Of a stretch of DNA of 39,054 bases, positions 19,791 to 31,104 are shown in pieces. The stretch covers positions 1 through 39,054 of the forward strand of contig JAUZQU010000134.1 of assembly GCA_030950835.1 (NCBI GenBank), given 5' to 3'. The DNA is from Mariprofundaceae bacterium. GTDB taxonomy: Bacteria > Pseudomonadota > Zetaproteobacteria > Mariprofundales > Mariprofundaceae. Below the pieces are notes generated by a model. The model was given only the letters and a program-made list of their open reading frames with translations, was not told where the DNA came from and made no database searches. Made by a program: the position numbers and the translations under genes. Position 1 is the stretch's first letter. Every line of letters begins with the position of its first letter.

Positions 19791-21896
19791 TTATACGCTC
19801 ATTTTCTGCAATAAAACCGTGAAATCTTGGCTACTCATAGGCGCATTGAAGAAATAACCCTGAATTTCATCACAACCTGCATCTTCTAACCAAGCCAACT
19901 GCTCCCTTGTTTCCACACCTTCAGCAATCACTGTCATATCCAAACCATGGGCCAATGTAATCATGGCAGTCACGATTTTACTGTCATCTTTATCATCAGG
20001 CAGCCCTATGATAAAAGATCTATCTAGTTTCAATTTTGAAATGGGAAAACGTTTCAAATAGCTCAACGATGAATAACCCGTACCAAAATCATCAATCGCC
20101 AGCTGTATACCATTACCATGTAAAGCCTGTAAAATTTTAATCGTCGATTCTGCATCTTGCATAATCATACTTTCAGTCAGCTCGAGTTCCAAAAAGTCAG
20201 GTTCTAAATGATGTTTATGCAGTATTTTGTCCACCATTTTCAGCATATTACCATCTTTAAACTGCCGACTTGAAAGGTTCACCGCCATCCGCATACAAGG
20301 AAAACCCGCCTCTTGCCAAGTTTTATTTTGCCTACATGCTTCATCCAAAATCCACTCACCAATCGGTACAATCAAACCAGTTTCTTCTGCCAAAGGAATA
20401 AAGTCTAGCGGCGCAACCCTGCCCAACTCTGGCTGATTCCAACGTACCAAAGCCTCCATACCAGTCACCACGCCAGAGCCAACTGCATATTTGGGTTGAT
20501 AATGAAGCTCAAACTCTTCATTTTCCAAAGCTTTACGCAGCTTAGACTCCAAGTTCAAACGTTTACTTGAAGTGGCATGTACATCTTGGCTATAAAAAGC
20601 ATACCTGTTTCGCCCTTGATCTTTAGCATGATACATCGAGGTATCCGCATATTTTAACAAGGTCTCAATATCATCCGTATCATCTGGAAAAATACTAATG
20701 CCTACGCTGGTCGTCACCGTCAGTTCTTGCCCTTGAATCAACACAGGTTCTGCCAATGCCTTAATCATTTTCTCTGCCACTACACCAGCATCTTCTGCTT
20801 TTTTAAGCCCCAACAATAAAGAGGTAAACTCATCACCACCCTGCCTAGACAACATATCGCTCTCACGAATGCAACCAAACAAACGCCCCGCCACCTCTTG
20901 CAACAACAAATCACCTGCTGAATGACCCAGCGTATCATTGATGACCTTAAACCTGTCCAAATCCATGAAGAACAAAGCAAAACGCCCTCCATTACGACGG
21001 ACATTGGCCGCTGCATGTTTTAAAGTCTCTTGAAACAATACGCGATTAGGCAGCTCCGTTAACGCATCATAATGTGCCAAATAATATAGCTTTTGCTTGG
21101 CATTCGCATGGGCATTGATGTCCGAATAGGTGGCAATATAGTGCGACACCACACCTTGTGCATCCAATACACTGCTCACTTTTAACCATTCAGGATATTC
21201 CTGCCCATTCTTCTTATAACTTTTAACCTCCCCTTCCCAAAAACCCATCTCGGTCACTCTAACCCACATTTCCTCATAAAAAAATCGATGCTGCTCTGTC
21301 GCATGCAGCTCCACAATATGTTGGTTGATCATTTCTGGCTGAGCGTAACCTGCATGTTGCAAAAAGGCAGGATTGACCACCTGAATCAGCCCTTGTGCAT
21401 CCAAAACCATGATGCCCTCACCTGAATTTTCAAAAATCGAGCTTGAAAGCTGCAATTGTCGCATCAAGTCCTGACGTTGTTGAATTTCATTTTCCAACAA
21501 TTTCTTCTGTCTATAAAATGCGCAAAATGTTTCCACTTTGGCTTCTAAGAGTTCAACATCAATGGGTTTAATGATGAAATCAACCGCACCATATTCATAA
21601 CCTTGGCTAATCGACAAATCATTCGGCGTGAGCGCTGTGATAAAAACTACCGAGATATCTGCCCATGCAGGATTTGCTTTAATCGTGGATACCGTGGCAA
21701 AACCGTCCATATCAGGCATCAGCACATCCATTAATATCAAAGCAAAGTCCGCATCTTCGCCTAAAATATCAAGTGCTTGCTGTCCTGAATTCGCTTTAAC
21801 CACGTTATAATCATCATGATCGAGAATTTCTTCAAGCAACAATAAATTGTCTTCAATATCATCAACAACAAGAATTTTTATGCCTACTTCATTCAT
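19791..21896 (-). CDS. REC-PAS-GGDEF-EAL c-di-GMP response regulator
   Basis: ILVVDD...LMDVLMPDMDG receiver, PAS/PAC, DLDRFK, RESD I-site plus GGDEF, EALVRW, ELELTES, IDDFGTGYSSL, AEGVET. Confidence 0.95.
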   Translation of the reverse strand: MNEVGIKILVVDDIEDNLLLLEEILDHDDYNVVKANSGQQALDILGEDADFALILMDVLMPDMDGFATVSTIKANPAWADISVVFITALTPNDLSISQGYEYGAVDFIIKPIDVELLEAKVETFCAFYRQKKLLENEIQQRQDLMRQLQLSSSIFENSGEGIMVLDAQGLIQVVNPAFLQHAGYAQPEMINQHIVELHATEQHRFFYEEMWVRVTEMGFWEGEVKSYKKNGQEYPEWLKVSSVLDAQGVVSHYIATYSDINAHANAKQKLYYLAHYDALTELPNRVLFQETLKHAAANVRRNGGRFALFFMDLDRFKVINDTLGHSAGDLLLQEVAGRLFGCIRESDMLSRQGGDEFTSLLLGLKKAEDAGVVAEKMIKALAEPVLIQGQELTVTTSVGISIFPDDTDDIETLLKYADTSMYHAKDQGRNRYAFYSQDVHATSSKRLNLESKLRKALENEEFELHYQPKYAVGSGVVTGMEALVRWNQPELGRVAPLDFIPLAEETGLIVPIGEWILDEACRQNKTWQEAGFPCMRMAVNLSSRQFKDGNMLKMVDKILHKHHLEPDFLELELTESMIMQDAESTIKILQALHGNGIQLAIDDFGTGYSSLSYLKRFPISKLKLDRSFIIGLPDDKDDSKIVTAMITLAHGLDMTVIAEGVETREQLAWLEDAGCDEIQGYFFNAPMSSQDFTVLLQKMSV

Positions 21897-22078
21897 ATCA
21901 TCCCACTTCTCACCGTCTCTACACCTTATATGAGCTTACTCAAAGTAATCAGAAGCAAGTTCAATGCCTGTTTTGGGCAGTATCTGAACGGCAAATCAAC
22001 AAGAACATATATGCCGCCAAGCACACCTTAATACACGCCATAGTTGACCCCATGTTTATTCGGTGCTTCAATCGGGGT

Positions 22079-22369
22079 ATGGAAGTTTCACAACAAGAAC
22101 AGGATGTGCAGAGCCGTGTGCAAACATTGGCTGAACATTTGGCAACCATTCGCCGCAACCATGAGAAAACCTTGGCGGAAAACAAACGCCTGCGTGAAGT
22201 GGTGCGTTTGGCAGAAAGTGAGCTGCGTAAACGCCGTGAACAAATTGAAAAATTACAACATGAGTATCAAAATCTGCAAAATAAACGCCTAGAAGCCAAA
22301 GCCCGCGTGGAACATGTGTTGGAAAAAGTCGATTTACTTTCAGCAGAACACGCTGGCAATCAGCCATGA
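22079..22369 (+). CDS. ZapB-like coiled-coil protein
   Basis: Short continuous heptad coiled coil directly upstream of zapA. Start placed at ATG 22079. Confidence 0.65.
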   Translation: MEVSQQEQDVQSRVQTLAEHLATIRRNHEKTLAENKRLREVVRLAESELRKRREQIEKLQHEYQNLQNKRLEAKARVEHVLEKVDLLSAEHAGNQP

Positions 22370-22379
22370 GCAAACAAAC

Positions 22380-22673
22380 ATGAGTCAATCCATAGAAGTC
22401 ATACTTGCGGGCATCACCCTCAACATCAATACCGACGATAAGCCTGAGCATGTGCGTGCGGCAGCTCAGATGGTACAAGAACAGTTTGACGAGTTGAAAA
22501 GCTCTGGTGCCATCATCAATACCAACAAAATTATGGCGTTAATTGCCCTTAACCTTGCCGATGAATTGTTAAATAAGTCTTCAACCAACCCTGAAGTGAT
22601 GCAGCATATTATTTCAAGCCTTGACCAAGTGATTGCGCAAGCAGAGGGTTTAGCTAATGTGTCCCTGCGCTGA
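22380..22673 (+). CDS. zapA: Cell division protein ZapA
   Basis: IEVILAG...HVRAAAQMV...LIALNLADEL. Canonical position before 6S RNA and ygfA. Start ATG 22380. Confidence 0.85.
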   Translation: MSQSIEVILAGITLNINTDDKPEHVRAAAQMVQEQFDELKSSGAIINTNKIMALIALNLADELLNKSSTNPEVMQHIISSLDQVIAQAEGLANVSLR

Positions 22674-22833
22674 CCGAATCGCAGTATAGTTTCTGAGCCG
22701 ATGTGTTTTTTATGGGAGATCGCTATGTTTGTGGTGTGCGTCCTTGTTGTTCAAAGGAACCTAAAGCAAACATGCTTCGCCCCCCTCACTTTGAGGGTTC
22801 GATAACTTTCTGTTGGAGCGACAGTGCGGGGAT
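22661..22833 (+). ncRNA. ssrS: 6S RNA
   Basis: Closing stem GTCCCTGCGCTG (22661-72) pairs with CAGTGCGGGGAT (22822-33). Internal stem ATGTTTG/CAAACAT and apical TCCT/AGGA. About 173 nt, in zapA-ssrS-ygfA synteny. Confidence 0.85.
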
Positions 22834-22844
22834 GCTTTTTTATC

Positions 22845-23426
22845 ATGTCTAATATCAGCCAACTCAAACAACAATGTCGCCTTGATTTATCAGCGCAACG
22901 CCAACAACTTAGCCCCGCACAACGTCAACATCATTCACAACGTATCTTTGAACATAGCCAAGATTATTTAAAGGGTGTGCCTCAACCTATGGAGCTGCTC
23001 ATTTATCGGGCTTTGGCTGCTGAAGTGGATACAAGTTTCTTTTTCAATGCAGGGTTTACCCATATTTACGCACCTCGTATGTTGCCCCAGTCAGGGCTTA
23101 CTTGGGTGCGCGTCCAACACGATACCATATGGCAAAAGGTCGACTTTGGTGTGCTTGAGCCCACATCGGGTGAAATATGGCAAAAAAATAAACTTAAAAC
23201 CCTGATGATTTGTCCGCTTTTAGGTTTTGATCGCCTTGGTAATCGCTTGGGTATGGGTAAAGGTTACTTTGACCGCTGGTTAGAACACCACGCCAATGAA
23301 GTCGATCAGCAGTTGGGTTTAGCCTTTTCCTTACAAGAGCTTCCCAAAGTGCCCACAGAACCGCATGATGCGCCCCTTTCTACTATTATCACTGAGCGTG
23401 AGGTTATTACATGTCTGAACCATTAA
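22845..23426 (+). CDS. ygfA: 5-formyltetrahydrofolate cyclo-ligase
   Basis: K...R N-terminal helix, EVDT, FGVLEP, PLLGFDRLGNRLGMGKGYFDR, EPHD. Start ATG 22845, after the 6S RNA. Confidence 0.93.
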   Translation: MSNISQLKQQCRLDLSAQRQQLSPAQRQHHSQRIFEHSQDYLKGVPQPMELLIYRALAAEVDTSFFFNAGFTHIYAPRMLPQSGLTWVRVQHDTIWQKVDFGVLEPTSGEIWQKNKLKTLMICPLLGFDRLGNRLGMGKGYFDRWLEHHANEVDQQLGLAFSLQELPKVPTEPHDAPLSTIITEREVITCLNH

Positions 23427-24208
23427 ATATTCTTATCATTGGCGATGTTTTGGGCAAAGCTGGGCGCAGAGCCTTACGCGACCACTTACCTCACCTCATT
23501 GATGAACATCAAATCGACTTTTGTGTCGCCAACGGAGAAAACCTTGCCGCAGGTTTTGGCACTACGCTCAAAACTGCCGACGAACTGTTTAGTATCGGTG
23601 TCGATGTGTTGACCAATGGTAACCATTGTTGGGACCAAAAAAGCTTTTTAAAAGACATCGAAGAAGACGATAGATTTGTCCGCCCTGCTAACTTCTCGGC
23701 ACATGCACCAGGCTCTGGTTGGACTATCCAAGAAAGCCGTATGGGGCATAAAGTCGCCGTGATTAACCTCATCGGACAAGTTTTTATGAACACTTGGGAC
23801 TGCCCTTTTGCCGCAGTTGATAAAATTATGTTAGAGATGCCCGATGATGTGCAAGCCATTGTGGTGGACTTACACGCCGAAACCACCAGCGAGAAAATGG
23901 GCATGGGTTGGCATTTGGATGGGCGTGTTTCTATGGTTTATGGTACGCATACCCATGTTCCAACCTGTGATGAAGTCATCCACAGTGGTGGCACAGCCTA
24001 CCAAACCGACATCGGCATGACAGGCTCATACAATTCCATCATCGGCATGAAAAAAGAAGGGGCTTTGCACCGCATGGTCACACGTTTACCCCAACGTTTT
24101 GAAGCTGTAGAGCGCGGAGGCACCATTTTCGCCACCAAAGTCAGCATCAACCCACAAAACCGACAAGCCACAGACATCCAAAGGATTTGTATTCGACCTT
24201 CAAGTTAA
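23411..24208 (+). CDS. ymdB: YmdB-like metallophosphoesterase (TIGR00282 family)
   Basis: IGDVLGKAGR, NGENLAAGFG, GNHCWD, RPAN, DLHAETTSEK, GTHTHVPT, TDIGMTG. Confidence 0.92.
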   Translation: MSEPLNILIIGDVLGKAGRRALRDHLPHLIDEHQIDFCVANGENLAAGFGTTLKTADELFSIGVDVLTNGNHCWDQKSFLKDIEEDDRFVRPANFSAHAPGSGWTIQESRMGHKVAVINLIGQVFMNTWDCPFAAVDKIMLEMPDDVQAIVVDLHAETTSEKMGMGWHLDGRVSMVYGTHTHVPTCDEVIHSGGTAYQTDIGMTGSYNSIIGMKKEGALHRMVTRLPQRFEAVERGGTIFATKVSINPQNRQATDIQRICIRPSS

Positions 24209-24232
24209 CAGTAGGTCGAATACTTCCTTCTT
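24189..24232 (+). terminator. Hairpin spanning the ymdB stop, between convergent ymdB and rpoD
   Basis: GTATTCGACCT (24189-99) / AGGTCGAATAC (24213-23), followed by pyrimidine-rich TTCCTTCTTT. Confidence 0.55.
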
Positions 24233-26199
24233 TACTTCAAATGCGAAGAAAGCTCTGGGCTTTCAGCAAAGGTTTTAAGCTTTTGCGCCCGTGAAGGGTG
24301 GCGGAGTTTACGCAATGCTTTGGCTTCGATTTGACGAATCCTTTCGCGTGTCACATTAAACTGTTTGCCCACTTCTTCCAAAGTATGGTCAGTGTTCATA
24401 CCAATACCAAAACGCATCCTTAACACTTTTTGCTCTCTATCGGTCAAGTTTTGCAACACTTCATGGGTAGATTCACGCAAGGCTTGGATGACGGCCGTAT
24501 CCAGCGGATTTTCAGCTTTTGAATCTTCCACAAAATCACCCAAACTGGTGTCTTCATCATCACCCACAGGGGTATCCAAAGACACAGGTTCTTTGGCAAC
24601 TTCCAAAATTTGCTCTACCTTTTCAATCGGCATTTCTAAAATCTCTGCCAACTCTTCAGGGCTAGGGTTTCTGCCTGTTTCTTGAGCGATTTGACGTGAA
24701 ATACGCATCATTTTATTGATCGTCTCAATCATATGCACAGGAATACGAATCGTACGCGCCTGATCCGCAATCGAGCGGGTAATCGCCTGACGAATCCACC
24801 ATGTTGCATAAGTAGAGAATTTATAACCACGTCTCCACTCAAATTTGTCCACTGCTTTCATCAAGCCAATATTACCTTCTTGAATCAAATCCAAGAAACC
24901 AAGCCCACGATTGGTATACTTCTTGGCAATCGAAATCACCAAGCGTAAGTTCGCTTCAATCATTTCACGCTTGGCTTGACGCATTTTCGCTTCACCCATG
25001 GTCAACTTACGCGCCACGTCTTTAAGCTCATACACATCCATTTCACTTTCTTGCTCAACACGTTTCAAACGGCGTTGGTTTTCACGAATCTTAGTGGATG
25101 TCTGCTCAAACTTAGCCGTCCAAGCTGCATCAGGATGTTGCTTTAACATATCATTGACCCAACGTTCATCAGTCAAACGTGTAGGGAAAGTCTCCAAAAA
25201 TAGTTTGCGTGGCATTTTCGCTTTGAGTGCTTGATCACGAATCGCACGTTCATACTTACGCACTCTATCCACCGCATTTTTAAAGCGTTGCACCAACATA
25301 ATCAGTTGTTTGTTGGAAAACGGAATCGTTACCAACTCCACCAACATCGACTTCAACACTTTTTCCGCACGCGCAGCAAGTTTCTTGTCGCGTGGTTTGC
25401 GCATACGTTCTTGGCGAATACCCAAGAATTCTTCGTGTAAGACCTTCGCTTTTTCAAAGCGTGCCAACGCTTCTTCGAGTTGCTCTTGCTTGGTGATGAT
25501 GGTTTCTTCCATCGGTGTACCATCTGGTGTTGCCGTACGCGCTTTAATCGCAACAGCCAACTCCTCAGCATTCATTTTTGGCTTAGCATCAATTAAATCA
25601 TCATCATCCAAGTCACTTTTATCCATGCGGTTTTCATACTCGGCAATCGCCGCCGCATTGACCACTTTATCATCAATATCTAAAATATCTTTGAAATTAG
25701 GCTCTTCTTCAAGTTCCTCAGCTTCATCACGAATTTCAATGACCCGCTCACCCAAACGCATGATTTCACGGAATGTTGCTGGACACAAACAAATCGCTTC
25801 GTGAACCTGCATACGCCCTTCTTCAATACGACGGGCAATTTCAATCTCGCCTTCACGCGTCAACAGCTCCACAGTACCCATTTCACGCAAATACATGCGT
25901 ACAGGGTCGTCTACACGAATCACCGTGCCTAAGGTGGTGGTATCAGCGCGAAGTGCGGAGTCCTCTTTGCGCAAACGGTCTTTACGCATGGCGTATTCAC
26001 CCGTTGGCGCACGTTCAGGATCAACCACCTCTACACCCATTTCGGTGAACAAATTGATGATGCCTTCGACTTGATCCGCATCGACCAAACCTGTAGGCAA
26101 ATGGGCATTTAAATCATCATAAGTGATGAAACCAGCTTCTTTGCCTTTTGCCATCAATGTGCCAAGTTCTTTGACGCGTGTCTGCTCTTTTTTACTCAT
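24232..26199 (-). CDS. rpoD: Primary sigma factor RpoD
   Basis: Region 1.1 (GFITYDDLN), [11 protein letters not shown], long non-conserved region, [61 protein letters not shown]. Downstream of dnaG. Confidence 0.98.
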   Translation of the reverse strand: MSKKEQTRVKELGTLMAKGKEAGFITYDDLNAHLPTGLVDADQVEGIINLFTEMGVEVVDPERAPTGEYAMRKDRLRKEDSALRADTTTLGTVIRVDDPVRMYLREMGTVELLTREGEIEIARRIEEGRMQVHEAICLCPATFREIMRLGERVIEIRDEAEELEEEPNFKDILDIDDKVVNAAAIAEYENRMDKSDLDDDDLIDAKPKMNAEELAVAIKARTATPDGTPMEETIITKQEQLEEALARFEKAKVLHEEFLGIRQERMRKPRDKKLAARAEKVLKSMLVELVTIPFSNKQLIMLVQRFKNAVDRVRKYERAIRDQALKAKMPRKLFLETFPTRLTDERWVNDMLKQHPDAAWTAKFEQTSTKIRENQRRLKRVEQESEMDVYELKDVARKLTMGEAKMRQAKREMIEANLRLVISIAKKYTNRGLGFLDLIQEGNIGLMKAVDKFEWRRGYKFSTYATWWIRQAITRSIADQARTIRIPVHMIETINKMMRISRQIAQETGRNPSPEELAEILEMPIEKVEQILEVAKEPVSLDTPVGDDEDTSLGDFVEDSKAENPLDTAVIQALRESTHEVLQNLTDREQKVLRMRFGIGMNTDHTLEEVGKQFNVTRERIRQIEAKALRKLRHPSRAQKLKTFAESPELSSHLK

Positions 26200-26218
26200 A
26201 ATTCTAGTACCACCCTTA

Positions 26219-27958
26219 TTAAGGTTTTTGATTTTGTTGATACAATTTTTGTTGCGCTTTTAAGGTTGTTAACTCTGCTTGCAGACGGATTTTCACAGCC
26301 AAGCCCAACGAGCGACTTCGTAATAAGTCGTCGAGGTAACTCACCTGCATATCAATCAAGAGTATATCAAACTCATCGTCTTCAACAGTTGGTAGGTTCA
26401 CCCAGCGTGCAATATCATGATTGTCGGGGAATTCCCGCATCAACTGTGCCGCTATATCTAATATGGTGCTTTCTTCTATGCCTACCAAGGAAAAGGCGCG
26501 GGTATATATCGGGTAAGCGGGGTCACTGTCAACAAAAAACTCAAACGCATCTTCATTCAACTTACTAAATCTTGCATGTTTTTGTAGTAAACCAGCCATA
26601 AACCTATCATGTTTCAATGGTGATACTGCCAACCCTCGCGCCCTTTTTTGTACTTTTACTGCCCTTGGTTTAGCCACCAAAACATTGCCTTTTTGATGCG
26701 TAAGTGCCACACCACTGGCTTTTTCCACCTCTGATTGCCAGGCCTGACGTAAATAATCATCACCCATGCCCGACAACATCTTCTCCGCCTTTTTCGCCAT
26801 CATCGCCCTGCCTGATGCCCCTTCACCACTAATCAGCTGCAAACCTTTCAACCAAGCATCCAAAGCTGGCAAGGCATCTTGTTCTAAACGTTGCTCAAAT
26901 GCTGCTTGCCCTTCTTTTTTGAGTAGCGTATCGGGGTCTTCACCATCAGGTAAGTATAAAAAACGCGGATTATGTTCAGCCTTTAACACCCCCAACATAC
27001 GTTCAATCGCCCGCCATGCCGCCTGTCGCCCTGCTTTATCACCATCAAAACAAAATATAGGCGCAGCTTCAAGGCGTAAGATTAGACGCAACTGCGGCTC
27101 TGTAATCGCAGTGCCCAGCGGTGCTACGGCATAAGGCAAATCAAATGCAGCCATCGCCAACACATCCATATAACCTTCAACCACCACCAACATTTTACGC
27201 TTACGAATCGCGTCTCTGTGTTCAGAATAACCATACAATAGGTTAGATTTATGATAAAAATCTGTTTCAGGTGAGTTTAGATATTTGGGTTCACCATCAC
27301 CCATCACCCTGCCACCAAAACCCACCACTTCGCCACGTTTGTCCCGAATCGGGAACATCACCCGACCCCTAAACCTATCCGCATACCCCCGTTCATTGCG
27401 AACCAACACGCCAATGCCTTCAAGCTGCTGTAACATGTCTTTATCATCACCAAAACAACGCTGCATAAAGCCATAACCCGCAGGAGAAAAGCCAAGTTGA
27501 TAACGTTGAATAATACTTAAAGGAAGCTGACGTTGCTCCAAATACAATGTTGCCTTAGCACCCTCATCGGCTTGTAAAGTGCGGGCAAAAACCCCTGCAA
27601 CTTGAGCCAACAAAGCCAAGCCGCGCTTTTTCCGCGCTTCTTCCCCAGGGTTCACCGCGCGACTCGCAGGTATCGCCATGCCTGCTTTATGGGCCAAGAA
27701 TTCAACAGCTTCTGGAAAAGCATAACCATCATGTTCCATTAAAAAACGATAAGCATTACCGCCTTTGCCACAACCAAAACAATAATATATCTGTTTATCC
27801 ACAGACACCGAAAATGAAGCTGATTTTTCATTGTGAAATGGGCATAAACCCATCATATTTGAACCAGATGCCTTCAAATCCACGTGCCGCGCGATAATTT
27901 CCACCAAATCGGTGCGTGAAATTAACTCATCTAAGTAACTTGAAGAAAATTGTGCCAT
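26219..27958 (-). CDS. dnaG: DNA primase
   Basis: CHC2 zinc finger CPFH...[48 protein letters not shown]. Confidence 0.97.
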   Translation of the reverse strand: MAQFSSSYLDELISRTDLVEIIARHVDLKASGSNMMGLCPFHNEKSASFSVSVDKQIYYCFGCGKGGNAYRFLMEHDGYAFPEAVEFLAHKAGMAIPASRAVNPGEEARKKRGLALLAQVAGVFARTLQADEGAKATLYLEQRQLPLSIIQRYQLGFSPAGYGFMQRCFGDDKDMLQQLEGIGVLVRNERGYADRFRGRVMFPIRDKRGEVVGFGGRVMGDGEPKYLNSPETDFYHKSNLLYGYSEHRDAIRKRKMLVVVEGYMDVLAMAAFDLPYAVAPLGTAITEPQLRLILRLEAAPIFCFDGDKAGRQAAWRAIERMLGVLKAEHNPRFLYLPDGEDPDTLLKKEGQAAFEQRLEQDALPALDAWLKGLQLISGEGASGRAMMAKKAEKMLSGMGDDYLRQAWQSEVEKASGVALTHQKGNVLVAKPRAVKVQKRARGLAVSPLKHDRFMAGLLQKHARFSKLNEDAFEFFVDSDPAYPIYTRAFSLVGIEESTILDIAAQLMREFPDNHDIARWVNLPTVEDDEFDILLIDMQVSYLDDLLRSRSLGLAVKIRLQAELTTLKAQQKLYQQNQKP

Positions 27959-27990
27959 GAAAAGCTTTGTAGGGTTGATGAACTACAATT

Positions 27991-29223
27991 TCAAGCTTTG
28001 GCTGCAGTTACCCGATTACGTCCTTCATGTTTGGAAACATACAAGGCTTCATCTGCCCGTTTTAACCATTGTTTATGCTTTTCCGTTTCCCCACATACCG
28101 CCACACCCAAGCTTATATGCACTTCAATCGTCCCATGTTTGGTGGAAAAATCAAACAGTTGCACTGCTTGGCGTATGTTTTCAGCCAGCTGCATCGCTTC
28201 CTCTAAAACCATGCCTACAACAATAATACAAAACTCTTCACCACCCAAACGTGCTACCATATCGGTATCGCGTACGGATGTTTGCAACAATTCAGCCAGT
28301 TTCTCCAACACTTCATCGCCACAATCATGTCCATACCTATCGTTAATCGCTTTAAAGTGGTCGATGTCTATCATCAAACATATCAAACCTTCAGAGCTTT
28401 CAGTTAAATATTCCGTGAGTTTACGCCGATTTGCCAAACCCGTTAAGGGGTCGTTTCTTGCTTGTGCTTCTGCATCAAGCAAACGCTCAGACAACACACT
28501 CATTTGCTGCACATGTGCTGTCATAGTTTGTTTTAAACTCTGGCTGGCTTGATTGAGTTTTTTGCCTGCGTGTAAAATACCTTCTCTGGCTTGTTGTAGT
28601 AATTTTTGCGCTTGTTTGGGGTCATCGGGAAGTGTTTGTTCAAGCAGCTTTTCTGTATGCAACAGCTCTGGTGAATCTTCACCCACTTCAGCCAACACCC
28701 CACCCATAGCCTGCACAGACGTTTGTAAAGCAGCCATCAATAATTTAAGTTCATCACGCACTTTTTCATCATCTTGTAAGTGGCAACGTATATGACGCTC
28801 AAAAGCCACACATTGTTGCGTCAAATCATCCATCTCTAAGGCTGGTTTACCCAGTAAATCACAACCTCTAGCCAACATCTTACGCACCAAAGGTAAGTCT
28901 TGTTGTGCTACTTCAAGCAAGGACTTACGTTCCTGCACATGTGCCTGAAACTGCTGCCAATCGACGTGTTGCGCATCCCCATCTGACAACCGCTTCAACA
29001 ACAAACCATGTTCAGCATCAAACAACAGCGACAACATCGCCAACACCTGCGCATACAATGTCGGTGCAATGCTGGGCATGCTCTGCAACGACTCCAGCAG
29101 CATGACTAAACGGCGCATCAGTGTCCTTAATTCTGCTGTTTCATTATGAGGATTTAACACCACCGTGCGTAAGGTATCTAAACCATCCAAAACTTCTGCC
29201 AACACATCTTTTTTATCCATCAT
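27991..29223 (-). CDS. Cytoplasmic diguanylate cyclase with a long helical N-terminus
   Basis: [32 protein letters not shown]-site plus GGEEF, ADEALY. Overlaps the MCP stop by 11 nt. Confidence 0.93.
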   Translation of the reverse strand: MMDKKDVLAEVLDGLDTLRTVVLNPHNETAELRTLMRRLVMLLESLQSMPSIAPTLYAQVLAMLSLLFDAEHGLLLKRLSDGDAQHVDWQQFQAHVQERKSLLEVAQQDLPLVRKMLARGCDLLGKPALEMDDLTQQCVAFERHIRCHLQDDEKVRDELKLLMAALQTSVQAMGGVLAEVGEDSPELLHTEKLLEQTLPDDPKQAQKLLQQAREGILHAGKKLNQASQSLKQTMTAHVQQMSVLSERLLDAEAQARNDPLTGLANRRKLTEYLTESSEGLICLMIDIDHFKAINDRYGHDCGDEVLEKLAELLQTSVRDTDMVARLGGEEFCIIVVGMVLEEAMQLAENIRQAVQLFDFSTKHGTIEVHISLGVAVCGETEKHKQWLKRADEALYVSKHEGRNRVTAAKA

Positions 29224-30943
29224 GTTCTTGACGTAACGCCTCTAAACCCTGTAAAAAGTCACGAATCACCTGCTCTTGTAAACTGATGCTATTATTCAAA
29301 TTCTCTGCTGCTAACTGCAAGTCTTGAGAAATATCATGGGTTTGCCCAGAAACCAACTGCACATCAGACACTGCCTCCTGCACTGAATGTATGCCCTCGC
29401 TAGAGCGTTGCGCTCCCAATGATATTTCTTGAATCGCCGCAGTTTGTTCGTCCATCGCCGCGGAGACATGCTGACTATAAGCATTGAGTTCGACTATGGT
29501 TTCACCAATATTCTGAATCGCCTCCACAGCACTACTACTTTCATGCTGCATACGCGTAATCCGCTCAGAGATATTCTCCGTAGCTCTGGCAGTTTGCGTG
29601 GCAAGTTCTTTGACTTCCGAGGCTACCACCGAAAATCCTCTGCCCGCCTCCCCTGCCCTTGCCGCTTCAATGCTTGCATTCAATGCCAATAAATTGGTTT
29701 GTTCTGCAATATCACGAATAGTCGCAATCACAGTGCCAATTTCTTGAGATACTTCGGAGAGTTGCGCCAAAATAATATTGGTTTTACCTGCATCCTCCAC
29801 AGCTTGATCCGATGTCTCCAATGTTTTCTCGACTTGTTCATTCACCAAGTTGATATTCGCACTCATTTCTTCGGTGGCAGAAGCTGTAGAAATTACCTGC
29901 TCTGTGGTCAATATCACGCCTGCGTCAGCAATTTCGCTTTGCTTCAATAATGTAGCAGACGATTCCGTTAATGTTGCCATAGAACGATTAACATCATCAC
30001 TGGCTTGTTTCACCTCACCCACCACATCGGCAATACTCGTTTCAAACACCTCAATCAACGCCGCTTCTTGCGCTTGAATATCATGTTCTCGTGCGATTTT
30101 CTGCTGGATTTGCTGTTGTTTCAATGCTTCAGCTTGCACACCCTCTTCAATGGAGAATCGCATCTCCTCCATATCCACCATCAATGCACCAAGCTCATTT
30201 TGATGTTTTGATACTGCTCTGAAATTCAAATCACCATCGGTGATACGATCAGCGACCCGCCCTACTTCCAACAAAGGTGAAATCAAGCGTCTTTTGATGA
30301 TGAAATAGAACAATACCATACCAACCGTGAAGAATATCAATGCCATCAAGCTGTTCGACTGCACATCATCTTGCACTTTGGCATCCAAGTCTGCCAATGA
30401 ATAGGTAATACGAATCGCACCATTAATCGCACCACTTGCCACTTCATGGCAACGTAAACAATCTACCCCTCTGGTTGCTTTGCTGGCTCTAAATGGCGTA
30501 ATCACAGTCACCACACGCTCCTCAACCCCTTCACTGCTCAATACTGTGTTCACTTTGACCACTTCTTCACCCGCCAATGCCGCTCTATCCCAAGCATCTT
30601 GTGGCTCTTCGCTGGCATAACCTGGTCCAAACTGCTTGGATACAGGCTGCCCTCGTAATACTCTTGCTTCACGAATATTCGGGTTGAGTAACATCTTTTC
30701 TCGCAACACTTCGCGCTCATCCATCAGCCCTGATAACATCAATAAGTTCAACGCATCAAAATAAATAAGGCTGGTATCCTCAACACTTTGTTTGACCATA
30801 TTTAAGGCTAAGTTCTGCTCTGAATCCAAAGTCTTATAAGCAGTTACCCCCATGATGATAAAAGATAACACCCCTACAATCAACAGTATTTCTGTAGCAA
30901 TAGAGAGCTTAATAACTTTAGTTTGCGGTTTATATTCATCCAT
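29213..30943 (-). CDS. Methyl-accepting chemotaxis protein with a periplasmic c-type heme motif
   Basis: TM1, periplasmic domain with CLRCH (30446-30460), TM2, HAMP (NELGAL), signalling tip [41 protein letters not shown]. Confidence 0.94.
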   Translation of the reverse strand: MDEYKPQTKVIKLSIATEILLIVGVLSFIIMGVTAYKTLDSEQNLALNMVKQSVEDTSLIYFDALNLLMLSGLMDEREVLREKMLLNPNIREARVLRGQPVSKQFGPGYASEEPQDAWDRAALAGEEVVKVNTVLSSEGVEERVVTVITPFRASKATRGVDCLRCHEVASGAINGAIRITYSLADLDAKVQDDVQSNSLMALIFFTVGMVLFYFIIKRRLISPLLEVGRVADRITDGDLNFRAVSKHQNELGALMVDMEEMRFSIEEGVQAEALKQQQIQQKIAREHDIQAQEAALIEVFETSIADVVGEVKQASDDVNRSMATLTESSATLLKQSEIADAGVILTTEQVISTASATEEMSANINLVNEQVEKTLETSDQAVEDAGKTNIILAQLSEVSQEIGTVIATIRDIAEQTNLLALNASIEAARAGEAGRGFSVVASEVKELATQTARATENISERITRMQHESSSAVEAIQNIGETIVELNAYSQHVSAAMDEQTAAIQEISLGAQRSSEGIHSVQEAVSDVQLVSGQTHDISQDLQLAAENLNNSISLQEQVIRDFLQGLEALRQEHDG

Positions 30944-31104
30944 AGTGCCAGTTCCTCGTTTTATAATTCATACGTTACATCCAAGCCATACGCAAAAAAG
31001 ATGCCATGAATGCCCATGCAACAGCTATCCACACACTTGTCAGCATACGCATCTCACGTGTATCATCTGCCCCACACGCAACATCGATGTAACGGAGATT
31101 CAAG

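Noticed and set aside
22314-22844. Longer starts for zapA (22314) and ygfA (22824) in the ORF track
   Set aside because: They overlap the zapB-like gene and the 6S RNA stem. Downstream ATGs fit the family N-termini better.
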